Shown here: positions 26,835-39,048 of the stretch, one piece after another
Layout: each line of letters begins with the position of its first letter
Position numbering within the stretch: the first letter of the stretch is position 1
Source: Octopus vulgaris
Taxonomy: Eukaryota
NCBI GenBank assembly: GCA_951406725.2
Contig: OX597816.1
Coordinates: 120,528,001-120,592,000, forward strand
DNA: 64,000 nt
Direction: 5' to 3'
Notes under the pieces: generated by a model
Told to the model about the DNA's origin: nothing
Database searches by the model: none
The model's input: the letters and a program-made list of their open reading frames with translations, nothing else
Translations under genes and position numbers: made by a program

Positions 26835-29168
26835 TATGCGTGTGGGGGTATGCATGTGTGTGCGCGCGCGCGAAGTTCTGTGCGCATGAGTGTAAGTGTG
26901 TGCGTACGCGGCTATATGTGGCTGGGCTCTTACTATCCATTTATGTGTTCGAGTCTGAATACTGTTGTTTACAAGCTTCTCTTTGCGATCACTGGCCTGG
27001 TTAAAAAGGACTCCACTCAGCCTTAACTGGTCATTCCTTCCCGTTCTAACCCTCCCTTCTTTATCCTTTCTATTGTCTCACCAGCCTATTCATCCTCAAA
27101 TTCTCTATTTCTTTCTCTCTGATTACATCTTTCTACGTATGCGCAGCTGCCCACTTCCTTTGTTCTTTCCTATTATTCTCCTCTGTATCTAAATCCTCGT
27201 AGACAAAAGTTGATGAAGACCTTTTTTACTTTCTCTTTATCCTTGAAGAACTTTATCTGATTATCTGAAACGTCGAAAACAACTTTCCTAACGATTTACG
27301 AACTAATGGAACCCTTAAATTTTACTTATACAAAATAATATACTTGGCAGTTCTGAGATGTGGTAAAAACGGAGTTGATCTTAATTTGTATACTAACAAA
27401 TGTCATGATATGTCAGCTACCAAAATCTGAGTCAGAATTAGTATTACATTCGTATTTGAAAATTTTTAAAAATAATTTCCATCTATGTTCATAAATGATC
27501 CAGTTTATTCGATACTCCATCAGCATTTTTCGCTTCCTCACAGGATTCCAATTTACTTTCAGATTGAATAAAGTAAAGAATAACTTTGTGCATATAGGGT
27601 CAAATGGGATTCCAATTTAGCATTAAACTAACAAACAAAAAAGAAACGTCATTCTGACACGCAATCATATCATCCATCGCAAAGCTGCAATTTCTTTGAC
27701 AGCCGCTAAAATGGTCGTTCTCAAACAAGGGAGAGAATCAAATCAAAGTTGGCACTTATAAATATTCATCAACTATATAAAATATGACAACAAAAAATAC
27801 GAAAAACAAATATTTTATCTCACATGTCTTCATATTATTAACTGAAATGTTTATATCAAAATACAATACATGAGTATGTTACTGAATTCTTTATCTAATG
27901 ACCCCAGGAAGATGGGTTACAAAAGTCGATATCGCAGAACTTATAGAGATATAACTAAATACTGAAAATAATTTTGTCTGGAGATCTACCGATTTTATCA
28001 ATATATCTCAGTAACTTATCTTACAATAAAGAGTTTAAAAAAGCAATATGAATTCATATAATGATATTTCTATTAATTGTTGACTAATTTGTTTTGGTGT
28101 TTATGATTAATTTCTTATATTACTGTTAACAATTAAGTTATTATCTATTATTGTTACATGTGCATCATTCATTTACAGGAAACATTACCTCTATTTAATA
28201 ATGACATTTTCTCAGGTCAACAAGGTGTCCTGTGGCAGATGTTGCAGTTTCTCTGACCAATATATTCTCTGCTCATCTGCTGAATTTACTGAGCTCGAGA
28301 TGGTTTGATTTAAGATATTTTAAAACCATACTCTGAGAATATGTCTCTCATATCACATTGGCCATGGCATAAAAAACAATGCTATTCAATGCATAATGAC
28401 CAACACAAATTTATTAATGTTTTAGTAAAAACAAAACCTCCATAAAATGAACTAAAGGAAATAACTCAAGTGGTCTATTGTTAAGAAGTGATGTATTGAA
28501 AGACGTATGCAAAACATTCCAAATTAGTTGAAATTTTCTATATATAAAATACATTTTAGAATGATCAAAGCAGGATTCAGTAAACTATGCAATACTGATG
28601 AGATATCAATCGACTGAATCATGTCCAAATCTGTCTTTTGAAAAAAATAAATGCGATTTTCTCCTCGGTGAAATTTTGCGAAATTAATCCTTAATTTCAT
28701 GAAATTATCTCTCCCTTATTGACAGTAACCATTGGGTTTCTGTCCTCGAATGAGAGGGAATTTTCAGTTAATTAAAGTTCTTTTACGTAAGACATTCCAT
28801 TAGCTACTTTAATACTTTGGTGCTGCTTTTAAGTACAGCTGGGTGCAAATTCATTGTTGTAAGTAATAACAACACTGAAGTTTTAATGAATATTTCGCTG
28901 AGTTTCTTTGGTTCAGTTCTCCTGGCACGGAAAAGTATCTGCGGTATACCAATGCCCTGTCCATGAGGATATGTATTACTCATCCACCAAACATGACGGA
29001 AATAGTAGAGGTGCACCATTTTAGTTGATTTATTTTCTTCAATCAAGCATTAGTTTTATCTCGTCTTAGATACTTTGACTATCGCTTATCAATCCAATCA
29101 TTTACATTCTTTACATTGTTTACATTATTTACATTCGACGGATATTTGTCCTTATCTTGTTTGTTGTT

Positions 29169-29214
29169 AACACAACGTCTCGGCTGATATACCCTCCAGT
29201 CTTCTTCAGGTGTC
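29169..29214 (-). ncRNA. Hammerhead motif, left arm (GAGA instead of GAAA)
   Basis: rc: GACAC-CTGAAGA-a-GACTG(10 nt)CAGCC-GAGA-CG-TT-GTGTT. Confidence 0.65.
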
Positions 29215-29269
29215 TTGGGGAAATTTCGAACCTGAATTCTCATTCCTAAGGTATTTTTCGATGTTGTTG

Positions 29270-29356
<87 letters not shown>

Positions 29357-29570
29357 TTGTTGTTGTTGTTGTTGTTGTCAGTGTTCAGGTCACTGCTTGG
29401 AATCGAACTCGGAATCTTGAGGTTAGTAGCCCGCACTCTTAACCACTAAGCCATATGCCCGTGGGCGTAGTGGTTAAGAGCGCGGGTTACAAACCCCAAG
29501 ATTCCGAGTTCGATTCCAAGCAGTGACCTGAACAATAACAACAACAACAACAACAGCAATAATAATAATA

Positions 29571-29603
<33 letters not shown>

Positions 29604-29616
29604 ATAATGATAATAA

Positions 29617-29649
<33 letters not shown>

Positions 29650-29703
29650 CAACAACATCGAAAATTACCTTAGGAATGATAATCCAGGTTCGAAATTTCC
29701 CAA

Positions 29704-29748
29704 GACACCTGAAGAAGGCTGGAGGGTATATCAGCCGAGACGTTGTGT
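29704..29748 (+). ncRNA. Hammerhead motif, right arm (GAGA instead of GAAA)
   Basis: GACAC-CTGAAGA-a-GGCTG(10 nt)CAGCC-GAGA-CG-TT-GTGT. Confidence 0.7.
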
Positions 29749-29879
29749 AAACAACAAACAAGATGAGGACAAATATCCGTCTAGTGTAAATAATGTAAAT
29801 AATATAGATAATTCCTCATCTCTTAAATATAGAACTAAATCGAATCATTTACATTAACATGTGTCATCCTTATCGAGTC

Positions 29880-30070
29880 ATATAGACTCGGCTGGTTTCC
29901 CGGTTTCCATGGCGTATATATTCCCCACCTGTTGCAGGATTATTCATTTTTGTCAGTTGAGTGGAGTGAAACAACGTGAAATGAATTGTTTTGCTCAAGA
30001 ACATAACACGTCAACCGAACCAGGAACCGAAACTACAATTTTACGATCATGAGTGCAACACTCTGATCAC
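29880..30070 (-). mobile_element. Degenerate SINE related to family 1
   Basis: CAACGTGAAATGAATTGTTTTGCTCAAGAACATAACACG. Confidence 0.65.
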
Positions 30071-30719
30071 ATTAATGCCCAGCAACAGAAGCATTCACCA
30101 ATATATGATCAATCCTGTTGACTTTTAGATTCAACTACTGACTTAAACCGGCCACATTTATAAGAAGACCTAAAACAATCGATGTTTCGGATTTTCGCAT
30201 GAATGCACACAGAGCTGTTGATAAAGAAGTGTTTTGGTTTGATTTTGGACAACTCTCAATGCCACAACAGGATATGAATTGCTGATACTCGTCGTCAACT
30301 TGTCTGATACTCAATCAGCTGAGACTCTTTAATGGCCTAATTAGGAATCATTGTAATTGACGTTGAGACAAATTGTAAATGAGAAGATTATGCTGTTTTC
30401 TATTTGAATTTCATTTACTAAATGATGACGACGATTAAATCCATCTGATTACAAAGTTATTTCTCATTGGCTAGAAAGATTTTGTGTAGCAGAAAATATT
30501 TAGAGATTCCGGAATAATATTTTATTTCAACTTTAGGAAGGACTTAACGAACTTTCAATTTTCTGGTCTTTCTGTATTGTAGAATAGTGTGTTATTATTT
30601 TTCGCTAGTCCATATCTGCCCTTATCAAGCACGCCAATGATCAAATGTGTTCCAGTTGTGGTAATCTCGTCTATTGTTCAGGCATAATATATTTGACTAT
30701 ATTATTCGTCGTGCCTTAG

Positions 30720-31620
30720 TGTTTTAGGAGGCTATGGAGTGTGATTTGATATATATTTGGCGACTGTTTATAGCAAATCGAGTTACTATTCAAGGCTTCC
30801 GGCGCAAAGTTAACGTGGTTAACGTTCACTTTGAACATATAAAGGTTCTTTGCTGAAGAGTCACATATGGATTCACTTCTAAAATGAATAAAGCAATTAA
30901 CTTGGGAAGATGTTCGTCGGTCAGCGTTAAAAAGGGTGATAGAACAAAACATTACTTTTGTGGTCAGTGGTTGTAATGTATCGGTAAGTAAAAGCTTGTC
31001 ACAACCATCTGGATCTTATTCTCTGGTTACAGTCGAAAGAGTACATGGTATCATATGTAATGCTCTTGTGGTGGGAACAATTCTTCAATGTGGACTTACT
31101 AGTATCTTATACATTTTTGGAAAGTGTTAAGCACTAACAAATTTTGTTGTCCTGAAGAGGAAATCTTTTATTTGCGATGCAATCATCGTTATGTAGGATA
31201 TCTGTGGCTACTTCTCTATATTCCGGCATATAAGTCGAATTTTCAAACCAGAATTTACAACCAAAAATAGTAGGACTGCTTATACACCAAGACGACTTTG
31301 AGGAATCAAAAATTCTATGTCAAATACAGCAAGATTTGGAAAGATAGGGATGATGTTTGCACTACATATTTACACTGTGTTGCGTTCACTAGTATTCCGA
31401 AAAATACGGTATTAAAAATCATGGGAGTCGGTAAGCTCTAGCATTTGTATAGAGGCTGAAGGTTTTATACGATTTATTTATTCATCTACCATTGGTTACA
31501 GGTTTTCATTGGATTGATCATTGTTTTGTCGTATTTCTGATGGAAAGAATGATAGGAAAGTGTCTGTAACTCGATGGGAAATGAATATCTTAAGGGATAG
31601 GGATTCGTTCCTAAAGCACC
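30720..31620 (-). mobile_element. Highly decayed CR1/L2-type LINE reverse transcriptase relic
   Basis: Residual peptides NATQCK (NxxKC-like) and MYKILVSPH (LYKxLVRPHLEY-like) in the expected order. Confidence 0.45.
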
Positions 31621-33844
31621 GGTTAGTTAACTTTCTCGCCGGTGCCAATATCCTTTCCCGATATACGTGATTTTATATACTTTCTGTTTACCAAATTCTA
31701 CTTACAAAGTATTCATCAATCCGAGTCTATGGGAGGAGACATTCGCCCAAGGTGCCGAGCAGTAGGATTGAACTCAGAACCACGTGACTTCTTAAACTCA
31801 CAGTCGCCTGCACCCCGTTTTGACTGTGTTGTTCCTGAGCAGTGTGGATATAGAGTTAGGCAAATATCTACGCTGTTTTTAACATTTGTGCACAATAGCC
31901 GAGAGAAAAGTATAGTTTTTAACTGCGCTGGAATGTATGTTAGACGGCGTGATACTTAGCAGTTCGTTAATATGTATACGAAATATTCTTGGAGATTAAG
32001 ATGCACCCTCGTTTAAAAATACATCCGAGTTGGATGTAATTTATAGTAAGCTCCGTTATTAAATATTGCGCTAGAACGGTCTGACAAGTACTTTCTTATA
32101 TCAATAACCTTTGTAAAAAAATATGTGAAACTAATCTTAGCAGAAAAAAAAAAACTTCACACCAAAAGAATATTGATAAAGTTATTCTATCAAGAAAGTA
32201 TTGGAACTGGTTATGAGAAAGAAATGTTTAAGTCAGGATACTCAATTCTGGTAATAATAACGAACGAACAGTTTGATATTTGTTACAGAGATTTTGTTAG
32301 GTATATCCATATAACTAGAACTACCAAATAAAACAAAAAGAAAAAGCCAACAAAATAATATTCTGGTTACAGAAGATCGTGAAGAAAAATATGTCACGTA
32401 TTCCTGCGACTAGTGCTGTATCTGTAGCTTATGACAATATTTATCCATGATCCGGTTTCGATTTTCGATTGCAATAATTTCAGTTCATTGCGTTGAGAAA
32501 GGATTAACCATAGCACAGTCTTCGATTTCGTTTCTACTATAAGTCTAAATCCGTAAGCTTGTGTAAAACGAAATATATATAAAAAAGAAATCCCCACAAA
32601 TATAAACCATAAACGGATTTCCCAAATAAGTTCCTGGAGAATCGATTCAGCTACTCAAGTTCAGTTTCTGACTGTAAATATTTTAATGAAACAAACATTT
32701 ACTTGTACCTTTGAGAAAGTTAAGGATGTTACATACTTTCTTTAGCCTTTTGATAATCGAATGATTTCTGCCACTATAAGCATTAAATACATTTTAAGGT
32801 GCATTATGGAAAGGTCTTGAGTCCTTTTGGTTTCTTTTGACGAACGATAAAGGTTAGTGTGTTTCGTGCGGTAAAAAGCTTGGAAAATTAGTTAAACTCG
32901 TGGTTTTTCCCTGTAGAATTAGTGATGTTGTAGCGCAAGTAACTCATACACACCACACACGTACACACATACATATACACCACAAACCCATGTACACACA
33001 CACACGCACACACACCGTTCCTCGGATTTCCATTAGTAAAATCAATATGAAGAAAATGAATTGATTTTTAGTATTACGGTTGACAGAACATAGTTTTTTA
33101 CGGTGTAATTGCTACTTTATTTCAATCCTTCCGGCATTTATAAATCACTTTTCACGCTCCACTCACCAGTCTAATAACCACTTCAACATATTGCTCTCCA
33201 ATTTATGCTGTCACGATCAAAACAATCCGAGTTTTATTTATTTGCCATAGATGTATCAATTAATCTTTGACACAAGTCGCCGTTTAACAATAAAGTAACT
33301 AAAAGAGAAAGGGAGTGCTTTCAATTTTAAATCTTAATTTGTTTTCTCTTCATTCACAGTGGTTCGAATACAGGCGAGGAAAGAGACTTGATGTAAATCT
33401 AATTAACTAGTGAGATTATTGTTATACAATCACCTATCTGTGAACTGTACAACGGTTATATTTCCCGACAAGCTGGCTATACGAACTAGTTTTAATTACA
33501 GTTGCATGTCGCGCTTGTGACTTTGGCAGTAATTAATAGATTAAGCGAGAATGAGCGGGAGAGAAAGAGAGGGGCAGATGGAAGGAAGATAAGCTCCACT
33601 ATTCTTATTTGGTCTCATTTGACAATTCTTTACATAAAAGTGGAGGCTTTAGTGGTGTTTACTTTGCGATTTAGTTTCATTTCTTTATTTTTCCATTGAA
33701 AGTGATCTAAATGTTTTTTTTTAATATGATAAACTACTTCTATCCCTCAGAATCTGTCACAGAAAATTAAATATAATTCCCCTTAACATAGGCGTTTGTG
33801 GTTTTCGTAATCACAGATTCCACCATTTTCCAAATTCACACTTG

Positions 33845-33884
<40 letters not shown>

Positions 33885-35154
33885 CGCTCGCTCGCTTGCT
33901 CGGTCTCGCGTTATAATACCATTTTGATTTTTAACAATGAAATTATCAGCATGATGGGTTATTAATGAAAAAAACTAAATTGCAACATATTGTATCTAGA
34001 ACTACACTCTCTGAAATAACCTTCTTTTTAAGGCAGAATGGTGTGATTTAATGTCAATTTAGCTGCTATTTCAATTAAATTGTGCGACTATTTACAGACT
34101 CGTTAATGATTTTTTTTATCTCTATCATGAACGATCAATATAAAGCATGAATTTAATAACGGCTAACTATGTCAGCAGTAGAGTTTCAGCTACTGATTGA
34201 CGCCATTTTCATTTCCTTTATACCACTAATGCATCCTGGACAAAGGGCAAACGTCAGAACTTTCAATTCAACTGAACCACTGGCACTAATCGTCGAAAGC
34301 GACGGAGGGTCATTATAATATAAGATCAAGACCACAATCATATTAAATTGTTTCTCATATTTGCCATTAATTTGAGAAAAATGTTAGTATCACACAATAA
34401 TCATTCTTTTTATTTATAAGTGCTTATACGAAAAGTGAAAAATAGTTATTAAATAAAAAAATTAAGAGATCAAATGAATTTTTGAATAGATTTTTTTCTA
34501 TTATTCTCTTCTGTTATTAACATTCAATTCAAAGTTGGTAACAAAACAACTGAAATTGAATACTTGTGTATACTTTGTGGCAAGTCTGATTAGCAATCAA
34601 ACAGAATCTAAGAATAAATACATTTAAGATGAGGAGACTATTGAACGCGTAAAACAATGGACTTGAATTACATTTCCTAACAATGAGCAATACGTAAGCT
34701 ATTTTTACTACAATTAAAACTGTTGAATATATTAACCAACAGAAACTTAATAGCGAATTATATTTTCACAAGTCAATGAGGTTTTATAGTCACTGACATG
34801 CTGGACAGTGGCTTCAGGGTCGAATTAACCTTATAGCTTAAGCAACATTAGTTACGGGTCTCACATTTCCGAGGATCCTGCGCTGAGTGCTTGCAAGCTG
34901 ATCAATATCAAATGTGTAATTATGTTCTGTTTTTGGTGGAGCTTCTCTATATGTCTCCATTGAAGCCTAATGTCGGCTCCGTAACGATTAGATAATACAG
35001 TTCTATATTTAAGAGGAATTCATCATCTCTTAAATATAGAACAATATCAATTGGTTCCTCAAATAAGCAGTTTCTGCAAGCAATAGCAACCAACTTCATC
35101 TTCATCTTATGATAGCCACTCTATATACATTGGTTCTTCATATCTATGTATCTT

Positions 35155-35275
<121 letters not shown>

Positions 35276-35324
35276 ATATCGGAGAAAAGAATTAGATGTA
35301 GAACCTCGAAGAGGTCTTAGGCAA

Positions 35325-35371
<47 letters not shown>

Positions 35372-35373
<2 letters not shown>

Positions 35374-35552
35374 AGTAAACACATAAATGTGAAACAATGA
35401 AAAAGATACTCAAATACAGTGGTAGAGTATCTTATTACACGAAAATTATCTGTTACTGAGTTTTCGTTGCGTTCATATACGCTACACCTTTAAAAGAGAT
35501 GGATTGTTGATGGCCTAGAAAAACGGTCAATCTTCACTATAAACAAAGGTCA

Positions 35553-35591
<39 letters not shown>

Positions 35592-36667
35592 TATATATAT
35601 ACATACAAAAGGATGCGTAAACGCATACATACATATACAGACGTTGAATATGAATCTAAAAACGTAAATCGGGAGAAAAGTACGAAGGAGGTGGGAAAAC
35701 TTAGTATATTATTGGCTCTAAGATGCATACTTTCACTTACACATACACAGATACGTGTTCAAATAGCTATACAAAACTTATATAAACACCTCGTTTTAAA
35801 AAATATTAATAAAAATATATACGAAAGAATATAAATAAAATATACATCTATTTGGTCATTAAAATATAATATAAATAATCAAGGTAATCTATGAATACAA
35901 TAACATGAAAACAAAGTTGTGGTTTTCAATATATATGTAGAAACAATAAGACTTTGCTATAGGTCCGTCGTAGGCTCAAGAGTCAAAATCAAATCAAAAA
36001 ATCAAAATACAAAATATATATCTATCCATATGGTATTTTATATCGACATTTAAATTTACGTGCTACTAGTTCATTAACTCACTTTGATTCAAAGAATTAG
36101 TCTTTGAATAATATGCATTTCTCTAATAAAGTGCACTTGAAATTATATTTGTAAGCTCCATGCCTGTAGGTGCGCCCTCCAGAATGCTCCATGTCACGTT
36201 GAGGTGTTTTCTTTAGTTCCCATATTTTGCTAGGTGGTTTTCTTCCTATTCTCTGGGTATTTAAAGACTATGAGAATATTTGTTTTAATGAATTTCTAGC
36301 CCCTGTATGTCTGTATTCGAGAGCCTCCACTTCACCTTGTCATAAACTACCCTTCACAACATTTCCTCTAACGAAGAGTTTCGTTTTGGCTAATCTCATT
36401 ACTTCCTATATGTTCTTGTAAGAGAATTCTAACAGAATAGCTAACTCGGGTTCTTCTATTAAATATTCTGTGAATTGACCCTGCTTAAATGCTTAGAGAT
36501 TCAATCTTTATATTTACGGCCTGAAAGCGGTTGAACCACAAAACTTTCCTGGTCCTAGTTCTTCGCAGCATTATTATTGCGTTGAATGACTTCCAGAATC
36601 CACATTCTTTAATGCGCTTCGATAAGGTGCAGCATTATGGAATGCGCTGTCGAAGAAATGAATATTC

Positions 36668-36670
<3 letters not shown>
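35372..36670 (-). mobile_element. PLE (Naiad-like) relic: RT thumb, endonuclease and 3' UTR
   Basis: Broken minus-strand peptides ALKECGF, RTRKVLWFN, HRIFNR..SYS, SKIWELKK, VTWSIL, LEKCIL; bounded by (TA)n tracts. Confidence 0.75.
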
Positions 36671-36725
<55 letters not shown>

Positions 36726-36899
36726 ATTTATAATTCGGTAATATTACCAGATTTCAGTTCAGGTAATGACAAAATGTGTCCAATATTTTTAGTAATACTA
36801 CTCAAATGACATAATACTTATAATGCTGTGATATTTCTCTGAATGTTTGGGAAAACTTATCTCTTTCCCATTTAAGATGTTCATCTTAGTTTAGTTTAG

Positions 36900-37330
36900 T
36901 TTAATAATTGAAAAATGCACGCAATCTGAAAAGTAGTTCCTCTCACGGACAAGCTTTAATATCATTGTTGATACGCAAAAAGCAGGCAAAGGTGGATGTG
37001 TCCATTTCTGCCTTCTGAAAGGAATGGAAACTGAACAAAAGTTTTGTTCTAAAGAAAACCACTGAAGTTGTAAAGTCTCTCTCTTTTTTATAGAACAAGG
37101 GCTTTCATTTCGTAGTCAGAATGAAACAACTAACTCTTCTCAAAAATAGATATTACGTGCAGTTTTGAGAATTTGTGACTTACTGTGACTCCTTTCTATC
37201 GGAAGATATAAAACATACATATATAGATATCACATATATTTAGGTATTTAAGGAAATTCATTACTCTAATTGGATCCTGCATATTGGGTCTATGTAGGAA
37301 AGTAACACAAATATTTTGTTTCAATAGATT
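36900..37330 (+). mobile_element. hAT (Tip100/DUF4371-like) transposase relic
   Basis: EQGLSFRSQNETTNSSQ ... CDSFLSEDIK resembles the xxGLAFRGxxE...DxFLxxHI block. Confidence 0.5.
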
Positions 37331-39048
37331 CTAGCTGGATTCTCTCATCTCTTTGACGAATGAGGGTCCAATAGTTCTAAGCTCGATTCTTTGTCGTGTC
37401 GTATGATTTGGGAATTCAGGCCTATATGAGATTTTCGATTTTATCATTCATCCTTCCAGGGTTGATAAAGTACTCGTGGAGCACTAAAGTTGCCTTAGTC
37501 ACCTTTTCATTCGCACCAAATTCATGCTTCGTGCCAGTGTTATTAATTGTTTCTTTTGTCCTCAAGAGCCATGAAATCGCTGTCATCTTTTTTGACATTG
37601 GGTTTCTTCATGCATAACGATCTGTATTCATCGACAGTGAAATCCCAAGTCTCTCATCTCGTCTTGTGCATGTTTTCACTAACAATATTATCCAGTGGAT
37701 AGTTTTTCATTCCTTTTCTTTTCCTTTTTGCTCAAGTTCTTACTGGAAATTTTGTTGAACATAAAAAACATCCTTATGGAAATTATGAACCTTGCTCCTA
37801 GTGAATTTTATTACTATTCAGTATATTATCACTAGAGAGGCATGATCACTAACATATGATCACTATCAGTCAAACCTCTCTCAAATCCTTAAATGATATC
37901 CAGTTGTCTTAAAAACTAAAAACATATTAGTTAGCGTGACTTGATCTGTTATGTCTGAAACAAGTTTGGATTGTCATGGCTGGGCCGTCTTTAATAATAG
38001 ATCTATCCGATCGCAGCTAGCTCGGATAAGCAACGTGAGACCTGGCCTGATAGTTCTTATGGTAGAGTTTAATATGTTTTGAGTCTAAAACAGATGGATT
38101 CAGATAAAACTGTATTCATTAATTTTTGTTCAATTGAAACCTTTGATGTTTTGTAAGCCCTATCGATACAGTTAATAAGACTTCCAGTGTATGTGAAATA
38201 TTATCATAATCTTGCGATTTCCCAACAGTGGCAACAAGTGATTTTGATACCTGAATTTAATAACCTGGTTATTTTGCTTAAACAAATATGTTTCACATAC
38301 TTATTGACTCTATCAGATATGTCCCGAATATAGTACACTTTGTCGGCATAATTTTTTTTATAATACTACCTCTTCTTTCATTAACATTTAAGGGGTAGAA
38401 GTCAAAGACTTCTCAACAGAATTTGGAATCAAGAATTCCATAACATCACGCGATATATGGTAAACAACTGACCCATATGGCTATATTTTAAATGAATGCT
38501 GTCAGTCTATATATAATAATATGATGCAGAATAAAAGATTATTAGTTGATATACGACACAGAAAATTAAAGTTATACTGTTCTGGATTAAAGTTTGTTTT
38601 CATTGTTATCTACATTAACGTTTACAAATTGTTCTGAATGTTTTTTTAAAGATTCACTTGACGTACAAAATGAAATTTTAGTAAGCATGCTGACACGTCT
38701 CATACATCGATAACATTATTTTGCTTAGACTTTAACATTATGCTCCTTACAGATCGGGATTTCATAGAATAGCTTCCAGTAGTAATTTTATAAATTTCTT
38801 CATAAATTTACACAAATGCTGTAATCGTTCTGAATAAAATTTCACCAAATTTCTATCGATTATATAACTGATGTGTAATCACAGTCGCTGGGGAAAGAAT
38901 ATAAAACAGAAATATAACGAAATTACTGTTTCAGCGAAATGTATGACTTTCAGAAAATAATATCAAAACGAACTCTATCAGTTATCAATTATACTAAAGA
39001 TTTTTGCAGTCATTTTCGTACGTTTGTCATTCAATTTGATAATCGGGT

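Larger units (their letters stand above)
29109..29837. mobile_element. Palindromic double tRNA-head / (AAT)n / hammerhead element with 18-bp flanking duplication
   Basis: Inverted arms meet at ~29460; each has A box, B box GAGTTCGATTCC, (AAT)n and an HHR motif; AATC(C/G)AATCATTTACATT at 29091-29108 and 29838-29855. Confidence 0.85.

Noticed and set aside
29385-29530. Pair of tRNA genes
   Set aside because: A and B boxes are present but no convincing acceptor stem or complete cloverleaf; context indicates SINE-like heads
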